49,178 nucleotides of DNA from an uncultured Thermococci archaeon (GCA_964549615.1 CAZJVP010000019.1:1-49178); one strand, 5' to 3'; positions 37,909 to 48,348 are shown, numbered from the stretch's first letter. Notes: generated from the letters alone by a model not told the origin. Made by a program: numbers and translations.

Positions 37909-38424
37909 ATGAAGCCTGCCGTCTCTAACGCGACCCCTCTCATCTACCTCGCTGGGATTGGGAGGTTGGATCTGCTCAGGGTGATTTTTGGGAAGGTGTT
38001 GATTCCGGAAGAGGTCAAACGGGAGGTTGTCGACGAGGGGAAGAGGCTGGGGAGACCGGACGCCTGGGTGATCGAGAAGGCGTTGGAAGATGGATGGATC
38101 GAGGTGCACGCTGCCAAGGCGATCCATCTGCCTGTCGCTCTCCACCCTGGGGAACAGGCGGCAGTCTCCCTGGCAAAGCAGAAGGGGGTCAAGGTCGTGC
38201 TCATGGATGAACCATCGGCGAGGTTGGCGGCTAGTTTGTCGGGCCTTGAACCTCGGGGGACATTGTATGTGCTTTTGCAAAGTCTGAGGCAGAATGAGTT
38301 GGATCTGGACGGGTTTCTAGAAGTTCTTTGCCGTCTGATTGAGAAGGGGTATCGCTTGCGTGAGGAGGTCTATCTTGAGGTCGTTAGGAGGGCAAGAGGG
38401 ATAGCGGAGCGCAAGGGTCCATGA
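37909..38424 (+). CDS. DUF3368/COG2405 PIN-domain toxin
   Basis: VSNATPLIYLA, IPEEVKRE, LHPGE, LMDE, GTL; abuts the antitoxin. Confidence 0.88.
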   Translation: MKPAVSNATPLIYLAGIGRLDLLRVIFGKVLIPEEVKREVVDEGKRLGRPDAWVIEKALEDGWIEVHAAKAIHLPVALHPGEQAAVSLAKQKGVKVVLMDEPSARLAASLSGLEPRGTLYVLLQSLRQNELDLDGFLEVLCRLIEKGYRLREEVYLEVVRRARGIAERKGP

Positions 38425-38518
38425 GGACGTGACCCATTATCGGGGACGGGCCCCGTTGCATTCCTGATGCCGAGAACAGAGAGCCACTCGTATCAGCGTT
38501 CGGCCGCCGGACGGGATC

Positions 38519-38971
38519 CTAAGTCCGCGCGCCCGCATGGACACGTTCGAGGTGGCCCCGTCGCGAGCCCGGCCTCATCTTGCTGGAGAACTGGATGTAC
38601 CTTGTTGTGGTTTCGGGGGCGTGGCCGTGTTCGATGCCCCTGGGCGTTACGATCAGGTCCCCCGGACCGACCTGGTACTGCTTTGTGCTTCCATCTCCCG
38701 AGCGCAGGGTGACGACCGTGGTTCCCTCGATGAAAAGCCAGTACTCGTCGAAGTCATGGTAGTGTAGGCCCGCAGGCCTGTCGGGCGGCAGGGCGAAGAT
38801 GTGGATCGAACCAACGTCCACCTCGTCCAATATTCCGGTCAACTCGGGCGTGGGCCGCTCTCCCTTGCCAAGTCTAACGACGCATGCGTCCAGGGCTATC
38901 TTCGGCCATTCGTCCCGGCCGTCTGAGGGGCGGGGATTCACGTTGGGCTTGGATCTTGCTTCGGGACCCAT
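38519..38971 (-). CDS. Cupin domain protein
   Basis: HYHDFDEYW and PGDLIVTPRGIEHG cupin motifs. Confidence 0.85.
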   Translation of the reverse strand: MGPEARSKPNVNPRPSDGRDEWPKIALDACVVRLGKGERPTPELTGILDEVDVGSIHIFALPPDRPAGLHYHDFDEYWLFIEGTTVVTLRSGDGSTKQYQVGPGDLIVTPRGIEHGHAPETTTRYIQFSSKMRPGSRRGHLERVHAGART

Positions 38972-39236
38972 ATCCGATCATCTCCGATCGATCGTTGCCG
39001 ACTATCTTGGGATCGTGGTTAAGTATCTTTTGAGCGGGAAAGGAGGGCGAGGCTGAGGCCTGCTCCACAGCCAGTGTCTTTGGACGCTCGTTCCCTTTCT
39101 TCGTCCGATCTTCGAGCCTGTCTCCGAGCTGCCCTGGGCCCTCGTCTCTTGGCGAGGCGTGCTGCCTGGGCGAGTGCGCGTGCACGCCGCAAAAGCTTTT
39201 TCTTGTCTGGGATGAGGCCTGGCGCGGGTGATATCA

Positions 39237-39812
39237 TTGAAGAGCATCAAAGGGACCCAAACGGAGAAAGCCTTGCTGGCGTCCTTCGCCGGGGAGTGCC
39301 AGGCCCGGACGCGCTACACGTTTTTCGCGTCGAAGGCGAAGAAGGAAGGCTATGAACAGATAGCTGCGATATTCCTCGAAACCGCAGATAACGAGAAGGA
39401 GCACGCGCAAGTCTTCTTCGAGTACCTGAAGGGTGGAGAGGTCGAGATCACGGCATCCTATCCGGCAGGGATCATCGGGACTACGGCCGAGAACCTCCTG
39501 GCCGCCGCTGAAGGGGAGAAGATGGAGTGGGGGACCCTTTACCCGAACTTCGCGGAGCTGGCAGAGAAGGAGGGCTTCCCCGAGGTTGCGGGCAGCTTTA
39601 AGGAGATCGGCGAGGTTGAAGAATACCACGAGAGGAGGTACCGGAAGCTGCTGGACAACGTCAATAAGGGGCGGGTCTTCAAGAGGGACAAGCCTGTGAA
39701 ATGGAAATGCCGCAACTGCGGCTACGTCCACGAGGGTCCGGAAGCTCCCAAGGTTTGCCCGGCCTGCCAGCATCCTCAGAGCTACTACGAGCTGTGGGTC
39801 GAGAACTACTGA
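39237..39812 (+). CDS. rbr: Rubrerythrin
   Basis: FAGECQARTRY, EKEHA, EEYHE, WKCRNCGY...CPACQHP. TTG start after GGTGAT. Confidence 0.95.
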   Translation: MKSIKGTQTEKALLASFAGECQARTRYTFFASKAKKEGYEQIAAIFLETADNEKEHAQVFFEYLKGGEVEITASYPAGIIGTTAENLLAAAEGEKMEWGTLYPNFAELAEKEGFPEVAGSFKEIGEVEEYHERRYRKLLDNVNKGRVFKRDKPVKWKCRNCGYVHEGPEAPKVCPACQHPQSYYELWVENY

Positions 39813-40021
39813 GTTGCCCAAGGGGAATCGCGCTGGAACCCGGTCGCTCGTCGGGGTGGCTCCGCGAACGACGACTTCGACAAGACGGCCAACATGCTAC
39901 CGCCGGATGCCGGCAGGGCGGCCGACGGCGGCAGACACGGGCGGGCAAAACATGGACGGGAGGCGCGAGTAAGCGGCGTGCAGGCTAGCGGAGTTGTTGG
40001 CGCGTCAGCGCTAGGCAGAAC

Positions 40022-42184
40022 TCAGGAGCCATAGGCCCTGATCTCGTAGATCCTTGCCGACGGATCGCCCCAGGTTTCGAGGATCTCCAGCTTGATCGCC
40101 CCGGTCCGGACCGGTCTGAAGCGATGGATGGCCCTCCGGTGATGGTTCTCTCCAACACGGGCGAGGCGCTTCCATCCTCGAGTGGTCGAGCAGCTCAGGA
40201 CATAGGATTTCACGCACTTGGCCACCGGCCCGACTTTCACCAGGTCGTCAAGGTCTGTGTCAAACGTCAGCATGACTTGGCCCACCTTTGCCTCGGAGGT
40301 CAACTGGACCGTTATGCTCTGCGGCAGGCCCTGCTTGGGGTCGGATATCCAGATGTTGGTCCAGCCGTCGGGCCTTGAGATGCCGCTCAGGACGTTCTGG
40401 GCGCCGTACGGCTTTGAGGCCGGAAAGGTTCTGAACAGGTACGACCCCCCGAGTCGCTTCCACGGTCCGGGCTGGGTCCTCTGGACGCCTATGGGTTCAT
40501 CGTCGCTGAACCCCCACTCGACTCCGGGGGCCGGATCGACGAGGATCCAGTGGAAGCCGGGCGTGATCCTGGCCCGGAGGTCAAAGCCAACCCATCCTTG
40601 GCCCTCGTCGATTTCTGACTCGGCCACGGCAAGGTCCTCCTTTGACGATGTGTCATCCCACGATCGTGCCCGCCTGAGCCTTATCTTGACCCTTTGTCTT
40701 GCCTTGACGGTTGACTTGAGGAAGAGCTCGACCCTATCCAACCGCCTCTGCGATAGGGGCACGATCTGGCCTAGCTGTGCGTCGAGCTTCACGAAGGATT
40801 TCAGCTGCGTCACCTCAAGTTCCATCTCGCTAGAGGCAACAGCCTTCCCACCCCTGGCCAGATCCTCAGCGTCCGAATTCCTGACGCCGGGGATGTAGCA
40901 GTCGTTCTTGAGGAGCAGCTGCTGGAGTTCCTCGACGTGTGTCCTGCCCAGCTCCCTTGGGGTCACGCCGTGCTTCTTGCACAGATAGGCCGCGGTCCCG
41001 GTCGCCTGCCCCTCCACGGCGCCGGTCGCCATAAGCCTGGTCGTGCCCAGCGCCACATGCGTCACGCTGATGTTCCGGCCGGCCATCATCAAGTTCTCGA
41101 TGTTCTTGGAGTACAGGCACCTGAAGGGTATCGCATAGATGCCGGGAAGGTGGTGCATCTCGGCCGGCGGGTCGGCGCTGCGGATTCCCTCGGGAGGATG
41201 CAGGTCGATCGGCCAGCCGCCGTAGGCTACCGCGTCCGGAAAACGTGCCATGGACTGGACATCATGCTGCGTCAGGATGTAGTCGCCCATGAACCTGCGC
41301 GATTCCCTCTTCCCCGGGACCGACCCGACCCATTCCAGGGCGAGGTTCTCGGCGCCGTGCCCGGGTTTGTTCTTGATGTGGTCCCAGACGCCGAAGAGGC
41401 ATCGCCACAGCTGGTCGCGGATCTCTTCATTATCTAGGATGGTGTTCTGGGTTCCCCCCAGCTCTATCCACCAGTGCCCGCTCTCCATCCTCCCGTGGCC
41501 TCTGAATGGAAGGTCCTCTTCGGTCGGGTATTCTTCCGCCCAGTCAGGACGCGTGAATCTCACGGGCCGGCCCAAGTCGACTGCCCTGAACATCAAGGAT
41601 GTGCCCAAGGTCTTTGCATCCCCCACCTCGGGGGCTATGCTCTCCCCGAACTCTTCTCGGCCTTCCCTTCCCATCCGGAACTCGGCCCCTGCAGAGAAGG
41701 CCACGCGTCCGTCGCCGCTCGCGTCTATGAAGAGGTCGGCCGATATGTGAAAGGTCTTCTCGGTGCCGAGCTGCTCGCAGGCTATCTTGGCGATCTTGGT
41801 CTTGTTCTCCATGATCGCCGCACGGGCCGACGTGTTGAGGTAGAGGTCTAGGTTTGGCTCGCGCTTGGTCCACTCCCAGAGGACCATGTCCCAGATCGAG
41901 TTGGTCTGGCCGCTGACGATGGGGGCGTGGTTCCTGAAGCGGTCCTCGATCCTGAGCTCCTCGATGATCCCGGTCTCCCGGGCCCACCGGAAGTCGTGAT
42001 CAGCTCCCCCTATGGGAACCCTTATCTCGCTGCTGGAGTTGCCCCCGAGCACGGGCCGATCGTTTATGAGCGCAACCTTGAGCCCGAGCCTGGCGGCGGC
42101 GATGGATGCGCAGACGCCTGCCAGCCCGCCGCCGATGACAGCAAGATCGTATCGTCTCTCCTCCACGCTGCTGGCGGTCGCCAT
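40022..42184 (-). CDS. FAD-dependent oxidoreductase (FAD_oxidored family) with C-terminal carbohydrate-binding-like domain
   Basis: IGGGLAG, LGGNSSSE, DASGDG, KRESRR, GGWPIDLH, AGRNIS, RLMATGA; C-terminal ARIYEIRAY. Confidence 0.88.
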   Translation of the reverse strand: MATASSVEERRYDLAVIGGGLAGVCASIAAARLGLKVALINDRPVLGGNSSSEIRVPIGGADHDFRWARETGIIEELRIEDRFRNHAPIVSGQTNSIWDMVLWEWTKREPNLDLYLNTSARAAIMENKTKIAKIACEQLGTEKTFHISADLFIDASGDGRVAFSAGAEFRMGREGREEFGESIAPEVGDAKTLGTSLMFRAVDLGRPVRFTRPDWAEEYPTEEDLPFRGHGRMESGHWWIELGGTQNTILDNEEIRDQLWRCLFGVWDHIKNKPGHGAENLALEWVGSVPGKRESRRFMGDYILTQHDVQSMARFPDAVAYGGWPIDLHPPEGIRSADPPAEMHHLPGIYAIPFRCLYSKNIENLMMAGRNISVTHVALGTTRLMATGAVEGQATGTAAYLCKKHGVTPRELGRTHVEELQQLLLKNDCYIPGVRNSDAEDLARGGKAVASSEMELEVTQLKSFVKLDAQLGQIVPLSQRRLDRVELFLKSTVKARQRVKIRLRRARSWDDTSSKEDLAVAESEIDEGQGWVGFDLRARITPGFHWILVDPAPGVEWGFSDDEPIGVQRTQPGPWKRLGGSYLFRTFPASKPYGAQNVLSGISRPDGWTNIWISDPKQGLPQSITVQLTSEAKVGQVMLTFDTDLDDLVKVGPVAKCVKSYVLSCSTTRGWKRLARVGENHHRRAIHRFRPVRTGAIKLEILETWGDPSARIYEIRAYGS

Positions 42185-42363
42185 GGAAGCGTGCACCGAT
42201 AAGGTTGCTGAAATAGCTTGCGCAGGCGACAAGCGGAGAAAATCATGGCATACCTAAGAGGCGACGAGCGGCGGGAACGCAGATCGAACATGGAATCCCG
42301 CGCGATTTTTGACGGCGCGGGCAAAACGCATGGGGGCCCGGCGGTTGCGTCGGGTCCGGTCAG

Positions 42364-42978
42364 ATGTCACTTCGGGTGCAGCAGATCGATGCGGCGCCGG
42401 CACAGAATCTCTCCTATGTGCTATGGGTCGGTTCGGGGGAAGGGATGGTGGTCGATCCCTCCTTCGCGGCGAAGGAGATCCTGAACGTCGTGGCCGAGCG
42501 GGGGATCTCGGTTCGGTACGTCGTGGATACCCACGGTCACCGCGATCATGTTCAGGGCAACCGCTTGCTGGCGGAAAAGACCGGGGCAAAGGTCGCAATC
42601 CACGAACGTGACGCTTTCATGCTGGAAGACCCGCCCGATGTGCTGCTTCACGACGGGGACGTTCTCTGGATTGGGGAGGCGAAGGTGGAGGTCATCCACA
42701 CCCCGGGGCATACCCCTGGTGGCATATGCCTCTTCTCGGAGGGTTTCCTGTTCACGGGAGACACCCTGTTCGTTGGCAACTGTGGCAGAACCGACCTTGA
42801 GGGGGGAAGCGACGAGGACCTGTTCAACAGCTTGAGGAGGCTGAAAAGCCTAGACGGCGCCGTGAGGGTCTACCCGGGGCATTCCTACGGCGGGAGGAGT
42901 TCAACGATCGAGCGGGAGAGAAGGACCAACCCGGCAATGAGGTGCCGGACGCTTTCGGAGTTCAGGCTCATCCCCTAG
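42364..42978 (+). CDS. MBL-fold metallo-hydrolase (glyoxalase II-like)
   Basis: THGHRDH, HTPGHT, GDTLF, GRTD, PGH. Confidence 0.92.
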   Translation: MSLRVQQIDAAPAQNLSYVLWVGSGEGMVVDPSFAAKEILNVVAERGISVRYVVDTHGHRDHVQGNRLLAEKTGAKVAIHERDAFMLEDPPDVLLHDGDVLWIGEAKVEVIHTPGHTPGGICLFSEGFLFTGDTLFVGNCGRTDLEGGSDEDLFNSLRRLKSLDGAVRVYPGHSYGGRSSTIERERRTNPAMRCRTLSEFRLIP

Positions 42979-44227
42979 CTACGATCCGGGTCGTGGCCAC
43001 CTGTCTGTACAGTTTGCGCCTGACCATCAGATACCACAGCGAGCTCCCGCATACGAGCGCCACTCCCGAGACGGCTGACCACTCGATCGCGTAGACCCAT
43101 ACGAGCGCCTTCTCCTTCATCCTGATGGCGTCCGCGTTGAGCCTGTTCCAGGATTGGTGCACCTCCTCGAAAGCATGCGCAGCGCTATCGTAGTCATCCA
43201 GGCGGTAGAACTCCTCCGCTTCCTTCTCCTTCTGGTTGATGGCGTCAAGATCGGCGTAAAGCCTACTCGCACTCGCCCCGAACTTCTCCACGAACTCGAT
43301 CAGGCACGTCAGCGTAGATGCCTTCTCCATGTGGGTGTTTATCTCCTCCCTAATCCGGTGGGCGCGATAGATGTCCTGCGGTATGGGCTTGTCGGCTCCG
43401 AAGTAGACGAGGTAGATCAGGAAGTCCTGGTACCATCTCCACTGTTGGAGCATCCTGTTGGTCGTGCCCATGCTGCCGAAAACCTGGGTTTCGCCCACAA
43501 CCTTCCCCTTCCCCGAGATCCACCACGCTATCCAAGGGAACTGCTTCCCGGGACCGACCGCCTCGGCGACGAGGGTGGCCCCAACCTTTACCTTCACCTT
43601 GTTCAGGAGCTCAACGGGCCCGGCTTCCTTCCAGGGCAGACGGGCCAGGGGATGGTCAGGGTCGATGAAGCGGGGCAGCTGGAATGCCGCCTGAGGGGGA
43701 TTGTAGCCTTCGAGCGACTCGAAGGGGAGGATGACGTCCAGCATGGTCTCGCCCCAGGAGACATAGGAGCCCTCTCCATGGCCTCCCCAGGAGGCGTCCC
43801 CGCCCCACATGGAGAGCGGCATCCCGTCCTCCTGCACGGCTTTGACAAACCAGGATATCCATTTCGCGTCGAAGTAGACCTGGGGATAGGCCAGGCTGCC
43901 GCAGGGAGCCTCATGGAGGATGACCATATCCCTCTCCGACATGAGTTGCTGATAGCTCCTGGGCATGTACATCCTCATGGCCCTGTTCATCAGGTCCGGG
44001 TCCTTCCCAAGATCCCCGATCGAGTAATGACCGGGCATCGGAACGCCCAGGAGGTCTATGGAGGGGTCCGCCCCCACGATCTTGTGGATGACGGATCCCT
44101 GCGCCAGGCCCCGCGAGATGTAGAGTAGGTCGATGACCTGGGGTTCGCCCGCCGGGTACGATGCTTGGAGCGAGGTCGGCAGGGCGCCGATCCAGAGGGC
44201 GAAGAGCAGGAGGATGCGGGCATGCAT
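42968..44227 (-). CDS. Hypothetical exported protein with C-terminal TM anchor; possible GATase-like/Rossmannoid domain
   Basis: Signal peptide, MWGGDASWGG segment, helical stalk, C-terminal TM followed by RRK. Confidence 0.65.
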   Translation of the reverse strand: MHARILLLFALWIGALPTSLQASYPAGEPQVIDLLYISRGLAQGSVIHKIVGADPSIDLLGVPMPGHYSIGDLGKDPDLMNRAMRMYMPRSYQQLMSERDMVILHEAPCGSLAYPQVYFDAKWISWFVKAVQEDGMPLSMWGGDASWGGHGEGSYVSWGETMLDVILPFESLEGYNPPQAAFQLPRFIDPDHPLARLPWKEAGPVELLNKVKVKVGATLVAEAVGPGKQFPWIAWWISGKGKVVGETQVFGSMGTTNRMLQQWRWYQDFLIYLVYFGADKPIPQDIYRAHRIREEINTHMEKASTLTCLIEFVEKFGASASRLYADLDAINQKEKEAEEFYRLDDYDSAAHAFEEVHQSWNRLNADAIRMKEKALVWVYAIEWSAVSGVALVCGSSLWYLMVRRKLYRQVATTRIVARG

Positions 44228-44419
44228 GTTTGGGCACGCCGAGGGGATTCCTGGCGCGCATGCTGAAAGGTTTTTTGTTCTCCTGGGAATGCCCGGGGCG
44301 ACCCGATCGGTAACCGGGCGGCGAAAAACGTTTGGGGGGGGCGAGGGTGTCAGAAAACTTCATCATGCAACCTCCGCATTCCCTTAGCCGATAGAGGGAC
44401 CCTTCGCCGAGCTTTCTCC

Positions 44420-44903
44420 TCCAAAGCCCAGACCTGACCGTAGGATTCTGGAACGAGGTCAAGGAGGACTTTCTAGCCAAAGGTATCTATGCACACATCA
44501 TGCTGGATCAGGGGAATCTCGACATCCCTGGTGACATCACGAGTGACTGGGCGGATGCAAGGTCAGGCGACGGAATGGACCCGTATGTGAGGTGCTGGTG
44601 GGGCAAATCAACGGCGGGGCCACCGTTGGTCTAGGCATGGCAAAATCTAACGGTGCTGGGCAGAGAAGCGGTACCGCATGGTTTGCGCGAGGTTGGTGCC
44701 AGTACATGGGATATAGTCAGGTCAGCCAGGCAGACGTCTTCTCTCACGAGTTGGGACATCTCCTAAACCTCGCGGATCAGTACACGGATAACAGTTGCAT
44801 CATGTACGGTTATATCACCGGGGACAGAAGCTGGAAAGTAGACCCTGATGTCGGCGGCAAATTCCCGGAGAAGTGGATGACGCCTGGATACATTCTGATC
44901 TAG
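44420..44903 (+). pseudogene. Frameshifted C-terminal remnant of a zinc metalloprotease
   Basis: HELGHLLNLAD and a CIM Met-turn in 44592-44903. An upstream coding-like frame (FWNEVKEDFLAKGIYAHI) shifts near 44590. No full N-terminus. Confidence 0.6.
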
Positions 44904-44966
44904 GAAAGGACGGATGAACAGAGAGATGCCGTCCTTCCTCTTTTTTTCCGTGCTCGCGAACCAGCT

Positions 44967-45506
44967 TCAACTCCAGAAATCGGGAGAGAGCTCAAAGGCA
45001 GCCGTGCAAACCAGCCTGGTTGGCACTACAGTTGTATCTAGACTGTCGTCGAAAGGCGTATACGTTGCGGTGAGCGTGTACCTCCCGGAACTTGAGAATA
45101 CACGCGTTCCGGGAATCCACCCATCACCGTTCTGGGTTCTCCACGCCCCCAGGAGGTCGTAGGTCTTCGACATCGACTCCCCTGGACCAAGGAGGACTCG
45201 CCTCCGCACAGGCGTGATGTTCGAGACGTCTTGTGCAAAATAGATGGTGCCGTCGGGAGCCTTGACGGAGAACCAAGGTTCCGAACCCCATTGCAGGAAC
45301 ATCGTTACGCTTTTCGCTTCGTCGCCAGTATTGGTACAAGTCACCTCCACAGTAATGCAACCTCGTCGGGATACGTCGGGCTGCAGTTCAAAGAGAAGCC
45401 CAACTCCTTTCTCAGGGCCAAACAGGCATCCACACACCAACAGGGCGGAACAGCCAACAACACAGACTAGACTCCCGCAAAGGGAAGACCTGAATGGGCC
45501 CCGCAT
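44967..45506 (-). CDS. Hypothetical lipoprotein, Ig-like beta sandwich
   Basis: LLVCGC lipobox; TNTGD, LGPGES, GRYTLTATY pattern. Confidence 0.65.
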   Translation of the reverse strand: MRGPFRSSLCGSLVCVVGCSALLVCGCLFGPEKGVGLLFELQPDVSRRGCITVEVTCTNTGDEAKSVTMFLQWGSEPWFSVKAPDGTIYFAQDVSNITPVRRRVLLGPGESMSKTYDLLGAWRTQNGDGWIPGTRVFSSSGRYTLTATYTPFDDSLDTTVVPTRLVCTAAFELSPDFWS

Positions 45507-45599
45507 GTGCCTCCGAATCCTTTCCCGGTTGATGAATGTTAATGAACGTTACGGGAGCAGAGCAGCCAGGATCTCTTGCCCGAAGGAAGGGCCTACCTC

Positions 45600-46281
45600 C
45601 TACATCCTGTGGGTGCCCAGGTCTGCGGCAATGATGACACCCGAGGGGTCGACCACTGCGCTGACCAAACCGGTGAAGTGTCCGGGCTCCTTTCCATAGG
45701 ATCCCAAACTCATCAGCCACCCCAAATCTTGGTCAAGGATCACCACCCTCTCAAGCTCAGGGATGCACTGTGTCTCATAGCCGATCGACTCCGCGACGAT
45801 CACTCTTCCCTGGGCATCCACCGTGATATCCTCCGGGTCACCATGCCTGTGGGCGCAGTCCTGGCCGGGCGGACAGCCTGTTTTTGGAATCGACCGCGAT
45901 GTCGCTAAGATAGTATCCGAACTGGGGGATGGGGATCGTCACATCTTCTGTGCTCCCTATGACCTCCTCCACCTGCATCTTCTGATTCAGGACAATTATC
46001 CTTACAGGCTCTAGTCCCTCCAGCACGCCGTCAAGAATGAACATCCTGCCCTTGGAGTCAACGCACATATCGAAAGGTGCTCTCAGAGAGATCTCTCCGG
46101 GTCCCTTTGCTTTGGGGAAGCTGGTCCAGATATCCGAGACAACCGCCGAGATGTTGTGCTCGGAAGGAACTCTGACTTCCTTTGACCCGGAAATCGCCAC
46201 GGGAACCATGGCCAGAAACACCAAGAAACCGACCGCCACGGCTTTCCCACTGCAACAACTGCTCCTTTCGGACATCTCCAA
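45600..46281 (-). pseudogene. Degenerate copy of the NHL-repeat gene
   Basis: Closely similar to 46411-47633; out-of-frame internal deletion near 45876 and 3' truncation. Confidence 0.8.
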
Positions 46282-46410
46282 TCACCTAGGGCCTCCGTCC
46301 CAGATCAGCCGCCAGCCATATCTGTTGCAGGCGGTCTTGGCAAGGCTGGTTGACCGAGCTAGTTCTCGTTGCGAAGGGCCAGCAGATCGCCATCCAGCCA
46401 GCAAAGCCAG

Positions 46411-47633
46411 CTAGCTCACTTTGAGGGCCCGCCCCGCGATGCCGAGGATAGCGCCCAGAAAAGAACCCAACAGAGCCAGATTCTCTGATACGCGGATCGG
46501 GCGGAGGGAGGATAAATCAACGGAGATCTTCTGAATCCTCCCATTCCCACTATCGGCCAGAAGTATCGTGCCCTGGTCGCTTACCATCATCCATCCCATG
46601 CCCCAAAACTCGCCCGGTCCCGATCCCTGCCTGCCTATTCGGCCTGCGAAGGTCCCGTTTGCAAAGAAGAACGAGATCGTCCCGGTGCCCGCGTCATATA
46701 CAATCAGCACGCCAGACCGATCAGCGACCGCGCTGGAAACGCATGTGAAATGTCCCGGTTCCTTTCCGTAGGAGCCGAGGCTCATCACCCAACGGCAGTC
46801 CTGGTCAAGAACCACCACCCTCTCAAGATAAGGAAAGTACTGCGTGCCGTAATCGAGCGTCTCGGCGATTATGATCCTGCCTTGCTGGTCCACCGAAATG
46901 TCCATGGGAAGGCCGTGCAGGTTTGTGGGACATTCCTCTCCTAGCGGGCAGGGCTGGACAACCATCTCAAGAAACATGGATACATCGTTCACGCCCGTCT
47001 GGTTGGGTGCAAAGACAAGTATCCTAGACTGCCCGAGAGCCCTCGATTGACCCACGATAAGCCTGTCCTTCGAGTCTATCGCGATACAGTTGGGGCCACC
47101 GACAGCCTCCCCGTACGGAACCTCTACGCAACCAAGCCACGAGAGATTACTGTGCAGGACATGTACCCTGCCAGGGAGAGGCGGGCCACCAGGATAATCC
47201 TGCCAGATGGTACGGTCGCACACATACAGTCTGTCTTTGGAGTCAACAGCAATGTCAACGATATCGTGGCCAAACTGGGGAATCCTAACCGTCACATCCT
47301 CTGTGCTCCCTATTACCGCCTCGACCTTAAGCTTCTGGTTCAAAACGTATATCTTCTCAGGCTTCCCGGTTTCCCCCTGTCGAGGATGAACATCCTTCCC
47401 TTGGAGTCCATACACATGCTGTACGGGGCGTTCAGGACAAGATCGCCCGGTCCCTGCGCCTTGGGGAAGCTGGTCCAGATCTCGGCGACAACAGCCGATA
47501 CATTCATGTCGGAGGGAACCTTGGAGGCCTGCGCCCCACAAACCATCCCCGGAACCGCAACCAGAATGGCCAGAAAACCACACAAAACTGGTAGCGCTGT
47601 GCCCCGGCCTGAAACGAGTCTTGCCAGCAACAC
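46411..47633 (-). pseudogene. Exported NHL-repeat beta-propeller protein interrupted by one frameshift (may be an intact gene with a sequence error)
   Basis: Signal peptide and N-terminus in one frame; IAVDSKDRLYVCD, GSYGKEPGHF, GRQGSGPGEF, ADSGNGRIQ in another. The junction is a C5 run at 47373-47377. Confidence 0.75.
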
Positions 47634-47634
47634 T

Positions 47635-48348
47635 CTATCCACCGCCTTCAGGTTTCCAATCCAGATCGGCCGCCAGCCATATATCCTGCTGGTCGGCCCA
47701 CACATCGTGCACAGGCAGAACACCCATCTGCCCGTTCCCGGTCTCAAAAGAGGAGGCATACGCGTCCGGGTACCACCACCACAGCAAGACCTTTGCACGC
47801 TTGCCGGTCCTGGTTGCCACGTTGTAGTACTCCCACATGTACGTGTCGTCAGGCATGATGTAGGAGTTGGTTTGATCGTTGTCCTGCTCGAAGAAGCCGG
47901 CATCCGGCGAGTAGTACCACCCGCACTCCGACCGGCTATTGTTGACGGGGGGATCATAGGACTGACCCACAAGGACAAGCGGTCTGCCAACACCGTACAG
48001 CAGATCCCAGTCAGCATCGTCAGCAATCATGGACAGGGGACATTCAGAGGTGTTCTGGTAGCTTGGATAGCAGTACGGATCCACACCCATCCAGTCACAG
48101 AACTGTATGTATCCAAAAGCTATCTGGTCAAAGCTTGTGCTTGTCCAGTCTAGGGGAGCGTTGCCCTGTCTGTGATGCGCATTTGGCCTATCATAGAGCA
48201 TGTCGAAGGTCGTTTCTACATCTGTGTCAAGCGCGACCGGCCGGAAGGCGAGCCATGCAATGTCGGTGGGTCCAGATACCTCGATCCGGTGGCAGTACTT
48301 CTCGTCCCTCATCTGTCGGTCAGGGTATTCGACAAACAGAGCCCACAC
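47635..48348 (-). pseudogene. C-terminal portion of a disrupted Trp/Tyr/Asp-rich protein of unknown family
   Basis: Coding-like 237-aa ORF with no convincing start; upstream frames contain multiple stops; stop abuts the NHL gene start. Confidence 0.5.

Larger units (their letters stand above)
45600..47690 (-). repeat. Diverged tandem duplication of an upstream-gene tail plus NHL gene
   Basis: CCAGATC(A/G)GCCGCCAGCCATAT at about 46300 and 47660, each immediately upstream of a homologous NHL 5' end on the minus strand. Confidence 0.8.

Noticed and set aside
44420-45506. Polymorphic toxin-immunity pair (protease tip plus lipoprotein)
   Set aside because: The genes are convergent, not co-transcribed as immunity pairs usually are
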